Part shown: positions 60,967-64,000 of the stretch, in pieces | Numbering within the stretch: the first letter of the stretch is position 1 | How the letters are laid out: each line of letters starts with the position of its first letter | Assembly: GCA_965219085.1 (NCBI GenBank) | Contig: OZ244720.1 | Location: forward strand, 3,168,001-3,232,000 | Length of the DNA: 64,000 bases | DNA from: Dehalococcoidia bacterium | GTDB taxonomy: Bacteria > Chloroflexota > Dehalococcoidia > UBA2979 | Direction: 5' to 3' | Made by a program: the position numbers and the translations under genes | The notes under the pieces: model-generated | Told to the model about the DNA's origin: nothing | Seen by the model: only the letters and a program-made list of their open reading frames with translations | The model's database searches: none

Positions 60967-62430
60967 CTAGACCTCGGACGCGCGAGGGGGCCGCAGCACC
61001 CACGTGTCCTTGCTGCCGCCGCCCTGCGATGAGTTCACCACATACGATCCCTCGACGAGCGCGACACGCGTCAGCCCGCCCGGCAGCACCCACGTGTCCC
61101 GGCCCGTGAGCGCGAATGGGCGCAGGTCGGCGCGGCGCGCCCGCAGCCGGCCGTCGAGGAGCGTCGGGATGGAACTGAACTCCTGCAGCGGCTGCGCGAT
61201 CCAGTTGCGCGGGTCGTCGCGGATCCGTTCCTCGAGCGCCCGCAGCTCGGCGTCGGAGGCCTGCGGGCCGACCACGAGGCCGTAACCACCGGACTCGCCG
61301 GCGGGCTTCACGACCAGCTCGTCGAGGTGCGCGCACATCTGCTCGAGGTCCTCGGGGAGTACCGCCGCCAGCGTGTCGACGTTGCGGAGGATCGGCTCTT
61401 CGCCCAGGTAGTAGCGGATGAAGTCCGGCACGAAGCGGTACACGACCTTGTCGTCCGCGACGCCCACGCCCATCGCGTTGGCGAGCGTGACGTTGCCCGC
61501 GCGGTACGCGTCGGCGAGCCCGGCGACGCCGAGCACCGAGTCCGGGCGAAACGCGAGCGGGTCGAGGAAGTCGTCGTCGACGCGCTTGTAGATCACGTCG
61601 ACGCGTTCCAGGCCCGTCGTCGAGCGGAGGTACACCGTCTGGTCGTGGACGATGAGGTCGCGCCCCTCGACGAGGTCGACCCCCATCTGCTGCGCGAGGA
61701 AGGTGTGCTCGAAGTACGCCGAGTTGAAGCTGCCCGGCGTGAGGATGACGATGCGCGCCTCCTCGGGCGCGACGCCCTCCGGCCGCACCTCGATCAGCAT
61801 CTCCAGCAGGTGTTCGGGGTAGTCCGTGATGGGCGAGACGGCGCCCTCGGGGAACAGCTCCGGCACGGCTTCCAGCATCACTCGCCGGTTCTCGAGCACG
61901 TACGAGACGCCCGAGGGCGTGCGCACGTTGTCTTCGAGGATCCGGAACTCGCCGTGCTGGTCGCGGATCAGGTCGCTGCCGGCAATGTGGGTGTAGACGC
62001 CCTGTGGCGGCTCGAAGCCGACCATGCGCATGTTGAAGGCCGCGGCGCCGAACAGCACCTCGCCGGGGATCACCCCGTCGGTGACACAGCGCTGGTCGTG
62101 GTACACGTCGTGGAGGAACGCGTTGAGCGCCTGCACCCGCTGCTGGAGCCCGGTATCAATCGTCGTCCACTCATCGTGCGCGACGATGCGCGGAATGATC
62201 GAGAACGGGAAAATCCGGTCGACTTCCGCCTCGTCCTGGTAGACCGTGAACGTGATCCCGCTCGCGAGCAGGTCCATCTCCGAGCGCCGCTGACGGCCGT
62301 CGATGTGCTCGATCGACCACGCCCCGAGCCGGGACGCGAACTCGCTGTATGCGGGGCGAGGGCTGCCATCGGGAGCGAACATCTCGTCGGGCCCGGCGAG
62401 CTGTTCGTAGCCGCTGAAGGGGTCGGACAC
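60967..62430 (-). CDS. Circularly permuted type 2 ATP-grasp protein
   Basis: LEDNVRTPSGVSY, NSAYFEH, RVDDDFLDP, VVNSSQGGGSKDTWV. Confidence 0.93.
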   Translation of the reverse strand: MSDPFSGYEQLAGPDEMFAPDGSPRPAYSEFASRLGAWSIEHIDGRQRRSEMDLLASGITFTVYQDEAEVDRIFPFSIIPRIVAHDEWTTIDTGLQQRVQALNAFLHDVYHDQRCVTDGVIPGEVLFGAAAFNMRMVGFEPPQGVYTHIAGSDLIRDQHGEFRILEDNVRTPSGVSYVLENRRVMLEAVPELFPEGAVSPITDYPEHLLEMLIEVRPEGVAPEEARIVILTPGSFNSAYFEHTFLAQQMGVDLVEGRDLIVHDQTVYLRSTTGLERVDVIYKRVDDDFLDPLAFRPDSVLGVAGLADAYRAGNVTLANAMGVGVADDKVVYRFVPDFIRYYLGEEPILRNVDTLAAVLPEDLEQMCAHLDELVVKPAGESGGYGLVVGPQASDAELRALEERIRDDPRNWIAQPLQEFSSIPTLLDGRLRARRADLRPFALTGRDTWVLPGGLTRVALVEGSYVVNSSQGGGSKDTWVLRPPRASEV

Positions 62431-62480
62431 GAGGGGCTACTCCGTGGCGTGCGCGGCTCGCCCTCGAGCCGGGTGCACCG

Positions 62481-62630
62481 CTACCGAGCCTGCGGGCGAT
62501 AGAACCCTCCGGCCCGTGCCTGCTCGGTCGGCCGCGATCCGGCGCGCATCTGCTGGCTCACGACCCGCAGCCGCGGCTTCGTGACGGTGAGGCTGCCGCG
62601 GCTTTGTGTCGTCGTGCGCTGCCGCTGCAT
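62481..62630 (-). CDS. Candidate 49-aa Arg/Gln/Thr-rich peptide upstream of the ATP-grasp operon
   Basis: GGAGG about 8-9 nt before ATG; MQRQRTTTQSRGSLTVTKPRLRVVSQQMRAG...; no homology recognised. Confidence 0.25.
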   Translation of the reverse strand: MQRQRTTTQSRGSLTVTKPRLRVVSQQMRAGSRPTEQARAGGFYRPQAR

Positions 62631-62709
62631 GGCCGTTCCCTCCGGGCGCGGCCACAGCATTGCCGTCACGCATGACGGCCATGTTCCCATGATGTTGCCT
62701 TCGTGTGAA

Positions 62710-64000
62710 TCACGAATCGAGGCCTCCGTGCGACACGGGTTCGTGCAACCTCGCCGGCTCGAAGCGCAGCCGCGGCAGCCGCAGCAGGACGACGAAGAGC
62801 AGCGCCGCGACGGCAAAGGAACCGACGAACAGCACCAGCGCGAGGTCGTAGCTCCCCGTCACGTCGAAGATCCAGCCGACGATCGTCGGGCTGGTGACGA
62901 GTCCGACCTCCTCGACCACCACGATCGCGCCGAGGAGCGTGCCAAAGTGCGCGATGCCGAACATCCGCGTGAGCAGCATCGCCTCCATGATCGGCCCGCC
63001 GCCCGTGCCGACGACCCAGAACGCGATGAAGCAGGCAATGCCGATGTAGCCGGGGATGAGCAGGAGCGCGAGCATCGCGAAGATCAGCGAGATACACATC
63101 GCGATCACGACATACTCGAACCGTGAGACCCGATCGCCAATGAACCCGAACCCGACCCGTGAGAACGCGCCGCAGAGCGCGGCCGTCGAGACGATGAACG
63201 CGGCGGTACCCCTCGGCACACCGATCGATTCGTAGAGCGGGATCTGGTGGACGAGCATCCCGAAGAGCCCGAAGAAGAAGCTCGTGAGCGCGATCCCAAT
63301 CAGCCAGAAGTGCGGCGTCCTGAGCGCGGCCCGCAGCGAGAGTCCGCTCAGCTGCCGGGGCGAAGCGCCACCCTCCGGCACCGCGTCGCCGTCGGGCTGC
63401 GCGCCCACGTCGGCCGGGTCGTTGCGCACGAGCAGCCCCCCGATCGGGATGAACACGACCAGGATCGCGATGCCCGAGAAGACGAACGACGCCTCCCACC
63501 CGATGTTGTCGACCACCAGGCGCATCGGCGGCACGACCACGACGCCGCCGAGCGAGAACCCCGTCCCGAGGATGCTGAGCGCGACCCCTCGCCGGCGGTC
63601 GAACCACCTCGAGATCAACGCCTGGAACGGGATGAAGAACATCATCTGGCGGAACACGCCGTTGATGGCCGAGTAGACGTACCACTGCCACAGCTCGGTG
63701 GTCGTCGCGAGCAGGACGTAGGTTGCCGCCGTGGTGACCGCGCCGAAGAGGATGACCTGGCGCGCCCCGCGCGTGTCGACCCAGCGGCCGACGAACGGTC
63801 CCATGATCCCGCCGGTCAGCAGCACGATCGAGATGGCGCCGGACACCTCGCCGCGCGACCACCCGAATTGGGTCTCGAGGGGCTCGATGTAGAGGCCGAC
63901 CGACCAGAACGACACCCCGCTGCCGAGCGTCATCGCGGCGATCGAGCCCGCGAGGAGCCACCACCCGTAGTAGACGCCCCTCAGCCCGCGGGCGCGTGTC
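62710..64000 (-). CDS. MFS transporter (5' end beyond the window)
   Basis: VYYGWW, GRWVDTRGAR, RWFDRRRG; frame open to the window edge. Confidence 0.88.
   Translation of the reverse strand, partial: TRARGLRGVYYGWWLLAGSIAAMTLGSGVSFWSVGLYIEPLETQFGWSRGEVSGAISIVLLTGGIMGPFVGRWVDTRGARQVILFGAVTTAATYVLLATTTELWQWYVYSAINGVFRQMMFFIPFQALISRWFDRRRGVALSILGTGFSLGGVVVVPPMRLVVDNIGWEASFVFSGIAILVVFIPIGGLLVRNDPADVGAQPDGDAVPEGGASPRQLSGLSLRAALRTPHFWLIGIALTSFFFGLFGMLVHQIPLYESIGVPRGTAAFIVSTAALCGAFSRVGFGFIGDRVSRFEYVVIAMCISLIFAMLALLLIPGYIGIACFIAFWVVGTGGGPIMEAMLLTRMFGIAHFGTLLGAIVVVEEVGLVTSPTIVGWIFDVTGSYDLALVLFVGSFAVAALLFVVLLRLPRLRFEPARLHEPVSHGGLDS

Overview
High-GC bacterial window. The gene content (several luciferase-like monooxygenases, family III CoA-transferases, acyl-CoA dehydrogenases, enoyl-CoA hydratases, MFS transporters) and the cadherin/arylsulfotransferase surface proteins suggest Chloroflexota (Dehalococcoidia/SAR202-like, possibly host-associated); this assignment is inference. 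About 2.4-24 kb is a decayed accessory region: broken toxin-antitoxin modules, nested IS elements, an intact NfeD-flotillin pair and a heavily frameshifted giant adhesin interrupted by IS3. About 24-58 kb is mostly intact catabolic genes, and 58-62.4 kb holds an ATP-grasp/alpha-E/transglutaminase/Anbu operon. The top observation is an IS110 element (6362-7868) whose upstream non-coding region reads as a two-loop bridge RNA. Its guides match its own ends and the exact site it occupies, and that site lies inside the guide-RNA region of a second, IS1111-type element. Also found: an unannotated UxxC selenoprotein with a SECIS-like hairpin, a 151-bp MITE and a tRNA-Leu 3' fragment (att-like). All product calls come from motif recognition by eye; no database searches were run.
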